From Alphaproteobacteria bacterium (GTDB lineage: Bacteria > Pseudomonadota > Alphaproteobacteria > RF32 > CAG-239), in contig JAZUAM010000003.1 of assembly GCA_045637985.1 (NCBI GenBank), forward strand, positions 6,108-70,107: a stretch of DNA of 64,000 nt, read 5' to 3'. The notes beneath the pieces are model-generated. The model was not told where the DNA came from, searched no databases, and was given only the letters and a program-made list of their open reading frames with translations. The position numbers were made by a program, and so were the translations under genes. Below are positions 45,061 through 54,867 of this stretch, in pieces (within the stretch, counting starts at the first letter, position 1; every line of letters starts with the position of its first letter).

Positions 45061-45255
45061 TTGAAGTTTTCCGCCGGTTATGTTTTTGTAACTTTTGTTG
45101 CTTATTATAATGAGTCATCTGATAATTACAAATAAATATTGCAAGATAATCACTTTATTTAATTATTTGCTAAAAACTTTTTTTTGTTCTTGTGAAAATG
45201 TTATAAATGTTTTATCTTGCCAAGAGAGTTGATTTTTTTTAATAGGGTTAGTGAA

Positions 45256-46026
45256 ATGCAGTTGCAAAAAGGTTTTGGTTATTTCGGAAAATTGGTTGCA
45301 GTAATGTTGCTGTTGAGCGGTTGTGCCAGCACGATTTTTCCGGATTTTGAAGATGATAGTGATGTTATTGTTGATGAAGGCGGAAATGTAGAAGTACGCA
45401 AAGTTGAAGATAAAGGAATATTGGTCGCTGATAAAGAAAACGCCGCTTATGAAGAAGATAAACCTAAAGAAGTTATCTTGGATACGGTAGAAAAAGTTGA
45501 GCCGGCAAAAGTTGTGGCTGTTGAAGAAACAGAGCTTGATCCGTTGGTTGTGGAAGAAAAAGAAGATAAAGTCGAAACAGCAAAAGTTGAAGAAGATGCT
45601 TCCAAAGACACTAATGAAGAAAATCTTGTTGCCGAGGAAGACAAAGTCGAGACACCGGCAGTTCCTTCAATGCATTATTTGGCACAAACTGTTCATTTTG
45701 AAAATGGTGGTGCTGTTGTGGCTTCGTCATATAATGCAAGCTTGAAAAAAATTGCTAAATTAGCAAAAGAACATGATGCAAAAGTTATTGTTTACGGTTT
45801 TGCTTCATCAAGAACAAGAGATACTGATCCGGCATCTCATAAGTTGGCTAATTTTAAGGTATCTGCCGAACGTGCGGAAAATACAGCTAAGGTATTGAGA
45901 CGTTTTGGTGTGCCGGCTGAAAATATTACAACTCAGGCGTTGTCGGATTCTATGCCTATGTATCAGGAGGTTATGCCTGAAGGTGAACGTCTGAATCGTC
46001 GTGCAGAGATTTATTTGACATACTAG
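45256..46026 (+). CDS. OmpA-family (OmpA_C-like) peptidoglycan-associated lipoprotein with acidic linker
   Basis: Lipobox LLLSGC (start trimmed to ATG 45256). There is an E/K/V-rich linker with EDKVET repeats. The C-terminus is FENGGAVV...VYGFASSR...SAERAENTAKVLRRFGVPAENI...NRRAEIYL. Confidence 0.75.
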   Translation: MQLQKGFGYFGKLVAVMLLLSGCASTIFPDFEDDSDVIVDEGGNVEVRKVEDKGILVADKENAAYEEDKPKEVILDTVEKVEPAKVVAVEETELDPLVVEEKEDKVETAKVEEDASKDTNEENLVAEEDKVETPAVPSMHYLAQTVHFENGGAVVASSYNASLKKIAKLAKEHDAKVIVYGFASSRTRDTDPASHKLANFKVSAERAENTAKVLRRFGVPAENITTQALSDSMPMYQEVMPEGERLNRRAEIYLTY

Positions 46027-46030
46027 TGTA

Positions 46031-47800
46031 ATGAATGAAAATTTGACAAATGATTTATCTCTTGGTGGCAACTTGTGGCAAGTTGCCACTGTTGATGAGC
46101 GTTTGGTCGAAGTTTTGGTGCAAAAATATAATCTGCCGTATATTATTGCAAAGATTATGGTTTTGCGCGGAGTAGGAATTGAAGAAGTTACTGATTTTTT
46201 GAATCCCAAAATCAGTAATATGATGCCGGATCCTTATGTTTTGAAAGATATGCAAAAGGCAGCAGAAAGGATTGCCGAAGCAATAATAAATAAAGAACGA
46301 ATCGCGATTATAGGTGATTATGATGTGGATGGAGCAACTTCAACTTCGGTTATGAAGTTGTTTTTGCGTTCTGTCGGTGTTGAACCTGATGTACATATTC
46401 CGGACAGAGAAGAAGGATATGGCCCCAGTAGAAAAGCTGTAGATGATTTTAAGAGTAAAGGGGCGGATGTGTTGCTTACGCTTGATTGCGGAACGACCGC
46501 TTTTGATTCGTTGGAATATGCCGTGTCTTTAGGGTTGGATGTTATTGTTTTGGATCATCATGAAGCCGAAGTAAAATTGCCGAAAATTTATGCGCTTGTT
46601 AATCCTAAACGTCTTGATGAAAATGATGATTATCCTTCGTTAAAATTTATGGCGGCAGTCGGGGTTGTTTTTATGACGGTGGTGGCTGTTAACAGGTGTT
46701 TGCGCCAAAAGGGATATTATGGAGATGTATGCAAAGAGCCGGATTTGAAACAGTGGCTTGACTTGGTAGCTTTGGGAACTGTTTGTGATGTGGTTACTCT
46801 CAAAGGAATAAACAGAGCTTATGTCAGCCAAGGTCTTAAGGTAATGGCTCAGAGAAACAATATGGGGCTGACCGTATTGATGGATAAACTTAATTTGACG
46901 GAGCCTCCGACAGCTTTTCATCTGGGGTATGTTTTCGGTCCCAGAATTAATGCTTGCGGACGTGTCGGAGATGCTGATTTCGGAAACCAATTGCTGTGTT
47001 GTACAAGTGATTATCAGGCACAGCTTTTGGTTGATAAGCTTAATGAATTTAATGTGGCACGAAAAGATATTGAGAATCATGTTCTTTTATCGGCAATAGA
47101 ACAGGTTGAAGGAACGCCGCAAGAATATCCGATTGCATTTGTTTATGGAAATGATTGGCACCAAGGAGTGATTGGGATTGTCGCCGGACGTTTAAAAGAA
47201 CGCTATAATATTCCGTCTTTTGTTATGTCTGTTGAGGCAGATGAGGTTAAAGGATCGGCTCGGTCTGTTCCTCAGGTTGATTTGGGAGCATTAATTATAT
47301 CGGCTAAGGAAAAGGGGCTTTTGACAAAAGGCGGCGGTCATATGATGGCAGCCGGATTTTCTTTGGAAGAAGATAAGATAAATGATTTTAGAAAATTTGT
47401 CGGTGAATATGTAATCGAAAAAATGGGAAATGAGGCGATTACTCCGATAATAGAGGTTGATGCTGTTTTGGATGTTGGCGGTGTGACATCGGATTTGGCT
47501 GATTATATTGAAAAATTAGAACCGTTCGGTGCCGGAAATCAAGAACCTGTTTTGATGTTGAAAAATGTTAGAATTGCAAAATCTACATTAATAGGGGTAG
47601 GGCATGTTCGTTGTGTTTTGATGTCTGAAAACGGTGGTTCGGTTAAAGCTATTGCTTTTAGAGTCGGTGATAATCAAATTGGTGCAGAGATGTTAAATGC
47701 TGGCGGTAAGAAGTTTGATGTGGTCGGTATTTTACGGCATGACAGATGGAATGGGCGCAATGATGTACAGTTTATAATAAATGATGTAAGGAAAGTTTGA
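46031..47800 (+). CDS. recJ: Single-stranded-DNA-specific exonuclease RecJ
   Basis: DHH motifs IIGDYDVDGATS, TLDCGT, VIVLDHH. GGGHMMAAGF (DHHA1). Confidence 0.95.
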   Translation: MNENLTNDLSLGGNLWQVATVDERLVEVLVQKYNLPYIIAKIMVLRGVGIEEVTDFLNPKISNMMPDPYVLKDMQKAAERIAEAIINKERIAIIGDYDVDGATSTSVMKLFLRSVGVEPDVHIPDREEGYGPSRKAVDDFKSKGADVLLTLDCGTTAFDSLEYAVSLGLDVIVLDHHEAEVKLPKIYALVNPKRLDENDDYPSLKFMAAVGVVFMTVVAVNRCLRQKGYYGDVCKEPDLKQWLDLVALGTVCDVVTLKGINRAYVSQGLKVMAQRNNMGLTVLMDKLNLTEPPTAFHLGYVFGPRINACGRVGDADFGNQLLCCTSDYQAQLLVDKLNEFNVARKDIENHVLLSAIEQVEGTPQEYPIAFVYGNDWHQGVIGIVAGRLKERYNIPSFVMSVEADEVKGSARSVPQVDLGALIISAKEKGLLTKGGGHMMAAGFSLEEDKINDFRKFVGEYVIEKMGNEAITPIIEVDAVLDVGGVTSDLADYIEKLEPFGAGNQEPVLMLKNVRIAKSTLIGVGHVRCVLMSENGGSVKAIAFRVGDNQIGAEMLNAGGKKFDVVGILRHDRWNGRNDVQFIINDVRKV

Positions 47801-47801
47801 G

Positions 47802-48500
47802 ATGGCAGATAAAAAAGTGGTGATGAGAGCAAAAAATATAAAAGATATCAAAAAAAAGCGTTTGGAAAAAGAACGTGAGGTTTTTATGAAACTCGGAGCT
47901 AAGCTCAGAGCTTATTTATTTACTGGTATTTTGGTTACAGCTCCTGTTGCGATTACATTTTATTTAGCATATAAATTTATTTTGTGGGTTGATGTGTTTG
48001 TAAACAAAATGTTGCCTCCTCAATATAAATTCGATAATTATCCTATGACTATTCCCGGTTTGGGTTTGATTATATTAATATTGTTTTTAATGATTATAGG
48101 AATGTTTGCGGCCGGTTTTATGGGACGTTTTTTTATACGTCTCGGAGAATGGTTTGTGGCAAAAATGCCGTTGGTTTCATCAGTATATTCATTGTTAAAA
48201 CAAATTTTTGAAACTGTATTTTCTAATAAAACTCAGGCTTTTAAAAAAGTTGTAATGTTAGAATATCCCCGAAAAGGAATCTGGATATTAGGGCTTGTCA
48301 GTGCTGACTTGCAAGGTGAAGTTGAGCAAAAATTGCCGGAAGATATGGTTAATGTTTTTATTCCGACAACGCCAAACCCGACATCAGGTTTCTTAATTTT
48401 TGTTCCGCGTAAAGATGTTATTGAAATGGATATGTCTGTTGAAGAAGCGATAAAGTTTATTGTTTCGGGTGGACTGGTCGAACCAAAAAAACACGTATAA
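47802..48500 (+). CDS. DUF502 membrane protein
   Basis: FTGILVTAPVAITFYL...PGLGLIILI...FIPTTPNPTSGFLIFVP is characteristic of DUF502 (COG2928). Confidence 0.8.
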   Translation: MADKKVVMRAKNIKDIKKKRLEKEREVFMKLGAKLRAYLFTGILVTAPVAITFYLAYKFILWVDVFVNKMLPPQYKFDNYPMTIPGLGLIILILFLMIIGMFAAGFMGRFFIRLGEWFVAKMPLVSSVYSLLKQIFETVFSNKTQAFKKVVMLEYPRKGIWILGLVSADLQGEVEQKLPEDMVNVFIPTTPNPTSGFLIFVPRKDVIEMDMSVEEAIKFIVSGGLVEPKKHV

Positions 48501-48575
48501 CAGCATATCTAAAGCGATTTTACAATGTTGGCAAAAATTCACGTAGCTATTTGTACGCTAAAATTTTTACCACCT

Positions 48576-49610
48576 TTAGAAATTATATTTTTTATGGAAT
48601 CCATAATCACTTGCAACACTTCGTCCTATGGATAATATTTTGTCACGCAATACCTGCAAGCTTTTATCCGGAGTATAATTGGTATTTGATTTTCCGGGAT
48701 ATAATTCATAGTGTTTACGATATTGTGTTAATGTAACATTCGGCATAATAACATTGGCACCGGATTGAAGTGCGCGAACTTGTCCGTTGGGGGCAAGGGT
48801 TTCCATGGCGGTGGTTGCCGGAATATTAATATCAGGCAACATCAATCGTGTCAGCGCCATAACTTTTAATGATAATTCCAGTCGTCCGCCTTTTTCATTA
48901 CATAAAGGAGTATCAGGGTGGGGAATAAACGGACCGATGCCAATCATATCAGCATTTATTTCCTTAAAGAACAAGATATCATCGGCAAGACTTTCTATTG
49001 TTTGTTCAGGAAGGCCGACCATAACTCCGGAACCTATTTCAAGTCCGGATACGCCTATATCAAGCAGACATTGTTTGCGATTTTGCCAGCTCATACCGGG
49101 GTCAAGACGATGATATAAATCTTGATCGGTTGTTTCAATGCGTAGCAAAAAACGGTCTGCTCCGGCTTGTTTGTAAGCTTTATATTCTTCAGCGGTTTTT
49201 TCGCCGATGCTCAGTGTCAGAGCCACATCAAGAGTTTTTATTTTGCGGATGACTTCACACATTTTTTCTTGGTTAAAATACATATCTTCGCCGGATTGAA
49301 GAACAATTGTTTTTAATCCCATATTGCGCGATGCGTGTTGAGCCAACTCAAAAATGGTTTCGGTATCAATTCGATATCGTTCGATGTTTTGATTGTCACG
49401 GCGAAGTCCGCAATAGCAACAGTTGTTTTTGCAGATATTGGAAAATTCAATCAATGCACGAAGATGAATTGCATCACCGACATATTGTCGGCGTACGTTG
49501 TCAGCAGTCTTGAAAAGTTCTTCGTTATAGCTGTCATTTTGTAATATTTCTATCAATTCATTTTTAGATAAATTGTGTTGTTCGTAAGCTTTTGCTATTA
49601 AATCGCTCAT
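48576..49610 (-). CDS. hydE: Radical SAM protein, [FeFe]-hydrogenase maturase HydE-like
   Basis: LRALIEFSNICKNNCCYCGLRRDN (CxxxCxxC in the HydE-typical context), about 345 aa, BioB/HydE-type TIM barrel length. The start is trimmed to ATG 49610 behind AAGGAGA. Distinguishing it from other BioB-like enzymes needs an HMM. Confidence 0.65.
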   Translation of the reverse strand: MSDLIAKAYEQHNLSKNELIEILQNDSYNEELFKTADNVRRQYVGDAIHLRALIEFSNICKNNCCYCGLRRDNQNIERYRIDTETIFELAQHASRNMGLKTIVLQSGEDMYFNQEKMCEVIRKIKTLDVALTLSIGEKTAEEYKAYKQAGADRFLLRIETTDQDLYHRLDPGMSWQNRKQCLLDIGVSGLEIGSGVMVGLPEQTIESLADDILFFKEINADMIGIGPFIPHPDTPLCNEKGGRLELSLKVMALTRLMLPDINIPATTAMETLAPNGQVRALQSGANVIMPNVTLTQYRKHYELYPGKSNTNYTPDKSLQVLRDKILSIGRSVASDYGFHKKYNF

Positions 49611-49776
49611 CTCTTTTCTCCTTGGTGAAATGGTAGTATAGATGACATTATTTTGCAATAAAATTTTGCTTTAAGAAGATGCATCATTTGTCACAATGTC
49701 TAATTTAGATACTTGACGAAACAGTACCAAAGCAGTATTTCTATAAGGGATGCTGAATTTGTGGAGAAAATACAAA

Positions 49777-50340
49777 ATGGTTGCCGTTGTTATTTTAAGT
49801 TTGATGTTGGTTTTTGCCGGAAAAGCTTTAGCTAATCCTGCATGCGCGGTTTGTACGGTTGCAGTCGGTGCATCGTTGGAAGTGGCTCGTCGTTATGGAG
49901 TTGATGATGCTGTTGTCGGTGTTTGGGCAGGTGCGATGTTGGCTTTGCTCGGATATTGGCTTATTTTGTGGTTTGAGAAAAAAAATTGGAATTTTATCGG
50001 TCGAGATTTGTTGTTGATGGTTATTTCGGTCGGTTCAATCGGGTTTATGTATGTTAATATGCCATATCAAGCAAAAGTTATCGGAATTTTTTATATGGAT
50101 CCGCTTTTGTTTAGTACTGTTTTAGGTGCATTGACATTTATTTATGTTTCAAAGTTTTATCAATGGATGAAAGCGAAAAACGGCGGTCATGCTCATTTTC
50201 CGTTTGAAAAGGTTGTTTTGCCGGTGTTGGTCTTGGCTTTGTTGAGTTTATATTTTAATTATTATCCGTTGGGTGAAGCAACGTCGGTCGGTGATTTGCT
50301 TGATGCATCGGGTTTGTATGAGTTTTCGGGAGATAAATAG
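49777..50340 (+). CDS. Hypothetical membrane protein (signal peptide + CAVC motif + 4-5 TM)
   Basis: MVAVVILSLMLVFAGKALA-NPACAVCTVAVGASLE, then hydrophobic helices. No family recognised. Confidence 0.5.
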   Translation: MVAVVILSLMLVFAGKALANPACAVCTVAVGASLEVARRYGVDDAVVGVWAGAMLALLGYWLILWFEKKNWNFIGRDLLLMVISVGSIGFMYVNMPYQAKVIGIFYMDPLLFSTVLGALTFIYVSKFYQWMKAKNGGHAHFPFEKVVLPVLVLALLSLYFNYYPLGEATSVGDLLDASGLYEFSGDK

Positions 50341-50924
50341 TGAAAAAAGCAAAAGATGTAAAAGAATTTGTTGAGCGTGTTGATCAGGCAAAAAAAGTTA
50401 ATCCTAAAGATTTGTCATCAGATCAGGACTTAACAATTGCTATTATGAATTTGATATCGATTGAGGAGCATTTGGTGTTTTCCGGTGCAAAAACCGGTAA
50501 AACAAGTTTTTATGATTTGATAGAAAATGTTCGTGAATTGCGTAAAAACTTAATGCAAAGGGTTATTCCCGAATATGAAGGTGAAGTTTGGTGTATTTCA
50601 AAACACTTGTTGGCTTCATCGATGCGGTTGATGGAAGTCGGAACAAAACAACAATCTATGGGAAATAAAGATTTGGCATATAGTTTATTTAATCAGGCTT
50701 ATGATTTATATTGTCTGTTTTGGGGGCTTAATATGAAGATGTTGGATGTTTCTGATGTTAAGTGGGTTGAAGATAATATGGATGATATAAAAAAAATATC
50801 CGCAAAGTTGGAAGAAAACAAAGCTCCGGTTAAAAAAGAAGAAATTAAGGTAAAAGAAGAAAGCGGAGCTTTTGCCAAGATGAAGGCTTTTGTTCGTAAG
50901 GCTGTTGATTGCTGTATTGAATAA
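50340..50924 (+). CDS. Hypothetical soluble helical protein (194 aa)
   Basis: The GTG start overlaps the upstream stop by 1 nt, with a GGGAGA RBS. Motifs LISIEEHLVFSG and GEVWCISKHLL. The C-terminus is ...VDCCIE. No family recognised. Confidence 0.5.
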   Translation: MKKAKDVKEFVERVDQAKKVNPKDLSSDQDLTIAIMNLISIEEHLVFSGAKTGKTSFYDLIENVRELRKNLMQRVIPEYEGEVWCISKHLLASSMRLMEVGTKQQSMGNKDLAYSLFNQAYDLYCLFWGLNMKMLDVSDVKWVEDNMDDIKKISAKLEENKAPVKKEEIKVKEESGAFAKMKAFVRKAVDCCIE

Positions 50925-50936
50925 TCGATGTTAATA

Positions 50937-50969
50937 AAAACCCCCGAAATTTGATTTTCGGGGGTTTTT
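50937..50969. terminator. Bidirectional intrinsic terminator
   Basis: AAAACCCCCGAAA-TTTGAT-TTTCGGGGGTTTT between convergent genes. Confidence 0.8.
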
Positions 50970-50970
50970 A

Positions 50971-51615
50971 TTAATTATTCTTAGGAAGATAATCTAATAG
51001 AAAATCAATTTGAGAGTTTGTATATTGTAATAAATATTTTTGTGCGGTATCGTCGTAATCTTTCCATTCCATCATTGCGCAAACAGATTCTTTACGAGAT
51101 GCGAAAATGAACAAATGTGAAAACAAAGGTATGATGTAAAAATAACAATTTTTTAAATCAATTTTGTTTTCACTTGCTAATCTGAGCAAATTAGCCATTC
51201 GTTCATGAACGGGCTTTATAAGTTCATCATACAAAATGTTAAATTCAGCCGTGGGGCTTGAATATTCGCTCAAAAAAACCTTTTTTATGTTACCGGATAA
51301 TTCTTGACTACACAGAATGGAAAGAAAACGTTCAATCATTTTTTTTAATAATTTGCGAGCAGCAACGGAATCTTGTTTATCAATAACCTTTTGATATTGT
51401 TTTGTTTGTTCTTCGGTCATTGTATTAACCGTATCGACAATATTTTTGAGGGCAGCAGTGTAAATACCCTTTTTGCCGCCGAAGTAGTAAAGAATTGAAG
51501 ATATGTTGATATTGGCTTTGGAGGCAATATCGCGGGTTGATGCACCCCAAAATCCGTTTTTGGCGAATTCTTCAAAAGCACTAAGCAATAGTTTGCTTTT
51601 TGAATCGGTGGCCAT
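50971..51615 (-). CDS. TetR/AcrR-family transcriptional regulator
   Basis: N-terminal HTH: FEEFAKNGFWGASTRDIASKANINISSILYYFGGKKGIY. Confidence 0.85.
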   Translation of the reverse strand: MATDSKSKLLLSAFEEFAKNGFWGASTRDIASKANINISSILYYFGGKKGIYTAALKNIVDTVNTMTEEQTKQYQKVIDKQDSVAARKLLKKMIERFLSILCSQELSGNIKKVFLSEYSSPTAEFNILYDELIKPVHERMANLLRLASENKIDLKNCYFYIIPLFSHLFIFASRKESVCAMMEWKDYDDTAQKYLLQYTNSQIDFLLDYLPKNN

Positions 51616-51628
51616 AATTTTTTACTCC

Positions 51629-51676
51629 GTAACATATTGTTTTAATTAATATTAGACTTTGTAACATATAGTTTTA
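51629..51676. promoter_or_regulatory. Direct repeats GTAACATAT[T/A]GTTTTA x2 in the tetR/aas divergent intergenic region (candidate operator)
   Basis: 16-mers at 51629-51644 and 51661-51676 are 15/16 identical and 32 bp apart. Confidence 0.3.
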
Positions 51677-51846
51677 AAAAAACAACTTACTTTTATCCAC
51701 TCTTGTGTAAAAGCTTGAAAGACGTTAAAAAACAATGGGTTATATCTTAAATCGAGTGATTGAATTTTGGGGCTTCTTTTTTTTTCTTTACAGTTATGTA
51801 TAAAGTATTTAAAAAAGAGTTAACGTGAACTGTTGGAGAAACTATC

Positions 51847-54015
51847 GTGAGAAATTTTGTACGTTTTTGTTTACGCATTGTATTTAATACTTTTAAGGTA
51901 AGATGCAATATTCAGTTTGATGAAAATAAACTTCCGACAAAGGCTGTTTATGTTTCGAATCATGTATCTTTTCTTGATCCGATAATGCTATTTGCATATT
52001 TGCCGGGGAATCCTGTTTTTGCATTAAACGGGCATTTGTATCGTAACAAATGGATTAGAATGTTGATGCAAACAGCGGATGTTATGCCTTTTAATCCTAT
52101 TGAGCCGGGTGATTTGAAAGAATTGATTGCAAAGATAGACAGCGGCAGATGTTGTGTGATGTTTGCCGAAGGTCGTATGACTGAAAACGGCGGTTTGATG
52201 AAAATTTATGAAGCTCCGGGGTTGGCAGCAGATAAATCCGGCGCTCCGATAGTACCGGTGTGGATTGACGGACCTCAGTTCGGTTATTTCTCAAAGACAA
52301 AAGGAAAACTTCCGCATCGTCCGTTGCCGAGGGTGACAATTACGGTGAGAAAACCGGTTAAATTTAAGTTGAAAGATGAGTTACGTCGTCAACGTGACCA
52401 CATCAGTAACGAAGTTTATATGATTATGCGTGATATGTGTTATGATGCAGCTAATAACAGCGGACTTTCGTTGTTTGGAATGTTGATGAAAGCAGCAAAA
52501 GTTAATTCAAAGCAGGGATGGTTTCATCGTCCGAAGTTTTTTGAAGATATTAATCGTGTTCCGCAATCATATAAAGATATTGTTATTAAATCTTTTGTAT
52601 TGGGTCGTTTTTTCAAGAAGAGAACGCGTCCGGGAGAACATGTAGCATTGTTGTTGCCTAATTCGTTGGCAAATCTATGTACGTTGTTTGGTTTGTCTGC
52701 GTATGAACGTGTGCCGGTTATGTTAAACTTTTCGGTCGGATCAAAGAATATGGTTTCGATGTGTAATACCGCAAAAGTTAAGCTGATTATAACATCGCAT
52801 TTGTTTATTCGTAATGCTAAATTAGAAAGTGTTATTGATGACTTGCGTGAGGCCGGATATAAAATATTTTATCTGGAAGATTTGCGCAAACATATTACTT
52901 TGCGCGATAAGATAGAAGCTTATGTTCGTTATAAGGCTAAAAGAGTTCCGCATCCGGATGGCGGTAATAAAAAGGCTGTTATTTTGTTTACTTCAGGTTC
53001 CGAAGGAGCACCAAAGGCTGTTGTGTTGAGCCACGCCAATATTATATCTAACGTTGATCAGCTAAGCTGTATTGAAACTTTGACAACAAAAGATATTTTG
53101 CTTAATGCATTGCCGATGTTTCATAGTTTTGGTTTGACTGTTGGTACATTTTTCCCGATATTCAGAGGTAGTAAGTTGTTTTTGTATCCGTCGCCTTTGC
53201 ATTATCGTGTAATTGCCGAGCTTTCATATGAAATCGGTGCGACAGCGCTTTTGGGAACAGATACATTTTTCCGCGGATATGCTAAAATTGCTCATCCGAT
53301 GGACTTTAGAGGTATTAGGATTATGTATGGTGGTGCTGAGGCTGTTAAACCGGATACTCGCAACCTTTGGGGTGAAAGATTGGGTATCAGTGTTAAGGAA
53401 GCTTATGGTTCGACAGAATGCGCTCCGGTAGTTACGGCTAACAACTGCATATTTAACAGATTTGGTTCTATCGGTAAGTTGTTGCCAAAGATTCAACATA
53501 AGATTGTTCCGGTTGACGGAATCGAAAAAGGTGGGGAACTTTGGGTTAAAGGTCCGAATGTTATGTTGGGATATTATTTGCCGGAGAATCCGGGGGTTTT
53601 GGTTCCGCCTGAGAATGGTTGGTATCGTACCGGTGATGTGGTTGAAATTGATGAAATCGGATTTGTTTATATTCGCGACCGCATTAAACGTTTTGCCAAA
53701 GTTGGTGGTGAAATGGTGTCATTAAATGCCGTTCACGAAACAGTTGTTAAGGCGTTTGAAGGTGATGGAGTTGAACATGCGTATGGTATTGTTGCTGTCC
53801 CGCATGAGACGAAAGGTGAGCAAATTGTATTGGCTACCAATAACAAAAAAGCAACCAATGACAGATTGCATGCTTATATTAAGCAAAACGGATTGCCGGA
53901 GCTTTATTTGCCTCGTGTTATTGTTTATCGCGACTCGTTGCCGGTGTTTGCAACCGGAAAGGCAGATAATGTTACTTTGAAGAAAGAGGTTATGGCCGAA
54001 TTAGGTATTAGTTAA
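51847..54015 (+). CDS. aas: Bifunctional 2-acylglycerophosphoethanolamine acyltransferase / acyl-ACP synthetase (Aas-like)
   Basis: N-terminal HX4D acyltransferase (SNHVSFLDPIML, FAEGRMT). C-terminal AMP-binding domain (ILFTSGSEGAPKAVVLSH, YGSTE, YRTGD, GGEMVS). At 722 aa it matches Aas architecture. Confidence 0.8.
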   Translation: MRNFVRFCLRIVFNTFKVRCNIQFDENKLPTKAVYVSNHVSFLDPIMLFAYLPGNPVFALNGHLYRNKWIRMLMQTADVMPFNPIEPGDLKELIAKIDSGRCCVMFAEGRMTENGGLMKIYEAPGLAADKSGAPIVPVWIDGPQFGYFSKTKGKLPHRPLPRVTITVRKPVKFKLKDELRRQRDHISNEVYMIMRDMCYDAANNSGLSLFGMLMKAAKVNSKQGWFHRPKFFEDINRVPQSYKDIVIKSFVLGRFFKKRTRPGEHVALLLPNSLANLCTLFGLSAYERVPVMLNFSVGSKNMVSMCNTAKVKLIITSHLFIRNAKLESVIDDLREAGYKIFYLEDLRKHITLRDKIEAYVRYKAKRVPHPDGGNKKAVILFTSGSEGAPKAVVLSHANIISNVDQLSCIETLTTKDILLNALPMFHSFGLTVGTFFPIFRGSKLFLYPSPLHYRVIAELSYEIGATALLGTDTFFRGYAKIAHPMDFRGIRIMYGGAEAVKPDTRNLWGERLGISVKEAYGSTECAPVVTANNCIFNRFGSIGKLLPKIQHKIVPVDGIEKGGELWVKGPNVMLGYYLPENPGVLVPPENGWYRTGDVVEIDEIGFVYIRDRIKRFAKVGGEMVSLNAVHETVVKAFEGDGVEHAYGIVAVPHETKGEQIVLATNNKKATNDRLHAYIKQNGLPELYLPRVIVYRDSLPVFATGKADNVTLKKEVMAELGIS

Positions 54016-54051
54016 GGTCGTATAACGGGCTACTAATACAAAAATTTCAGT

Positions 54052-54101
54052 ACGGCGAAATGCTCATGTACTATTTTGTACACTCCGCTTTCGCCGTTTT
54101 T
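54052..54101 (+). terminator. Putative terminator of aas (long-loop hairpin)
   Basis: ACGGCGAAA-N28-TTTCGCCGT followed by T4. The loop is unusually long. Confidence 0.35.
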
Positions 54102-54243
54102 ATTTTTATTCTATCTGAACGATTATCTGCGTTTTTTATAAAAGTCATCACTATGAGTGATAAATGATGAAATTAAAAAAAATCAAAAAGAAAACCGCCT
54201 CTAATTAAAGAAGCGGTTTAAGATTTTGAAAGAAAACTTTATA

Positions 54244-54450
54244 TTAGAATCCTTCAGTATCTAAGCGTTTACGCAACTGTTTGCGAGCGCGACGAACGGC
54301 TTCAGCCTGACGACGAGCTTTCTTTTCAGAGTTCTTTTCATGACAACGACGCAATTTCATTTCACGAAAGATACCTTCACGTTGCATTTTTTTCTTCAAA
54401 ACTTTCAAAGATTGTCCGACATCATTACCGATAACAGTAACTTGAACCAC
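54244..54450 (-). CDS. rpsU: 30S ribosomal protein S21
   Basis: [44 protein letters not shown]. Confidence 0.95.
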   Translation of the reverse strand: MVQVTVIGNDVGQSLKVLKKKMQREGIFREMKLRRCHEKNSEKKARRQAEAVRRARKQLRKRLDTEGF

Positions 54451-54584
54451 TTAAATCACCTCATTTCATCAATATCTAAAGGGTTAATCCATACAATGTT
54501 TTGGTTTCTAACATTCTTGAAATAAAAAATCAAGCACAAATTTAATTATAACATAAATTTTATATAAAGGGAAATAGATTCCTT

Positions 54585-54660
54585 CGTCGCTGTCGCTCCT
54601 CGTGATGATAGAGGAGAGGGAAAGATGTCCTCGAATGACATAAGGGAGAGACTTCTCAAA
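54585..54660. repeat. Degenerate palindromic-element fragments related to those at 43563-43825
   Basis: CTTCGTCGCTGTCGCTCCTCGTGATGATAGAGGAGAGGG...GTCCTCGAATGACATAAGGGAGAG shares the ...CTCCTCG.AATGA(C/T)A arm type. Confidence 0.4.
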
Positions 54661-54867
54661 ATTAGTAGTAAGAAATAAGTTATAATCAACTTAAAAATAT
54701 AATAAAAAGGCAGATTTTAAACGTTTTGTTAATTTATTTTGCTGTGTATCTTATTGAAAATGCAAGATTATTTAAAATAAATCCACATTTATTCAATCGA
54801 TTGATTGATTTTTTTAAAATATATGTTATAAGCATACTCGTGAGTTTAACAAATAAGGACTTTTTTT

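Noticed and set aside
50913-50924. C-terminal CCIE of the 194-aa protein as a eukaryotic CaaX prenylation box, which would imply a host-targeted effector
   Set aside because: A four-residue match is far too weak. The a1 position is Cys, and there is no secretion signal or other effector hallmark. It is noted only as a Cys pair.
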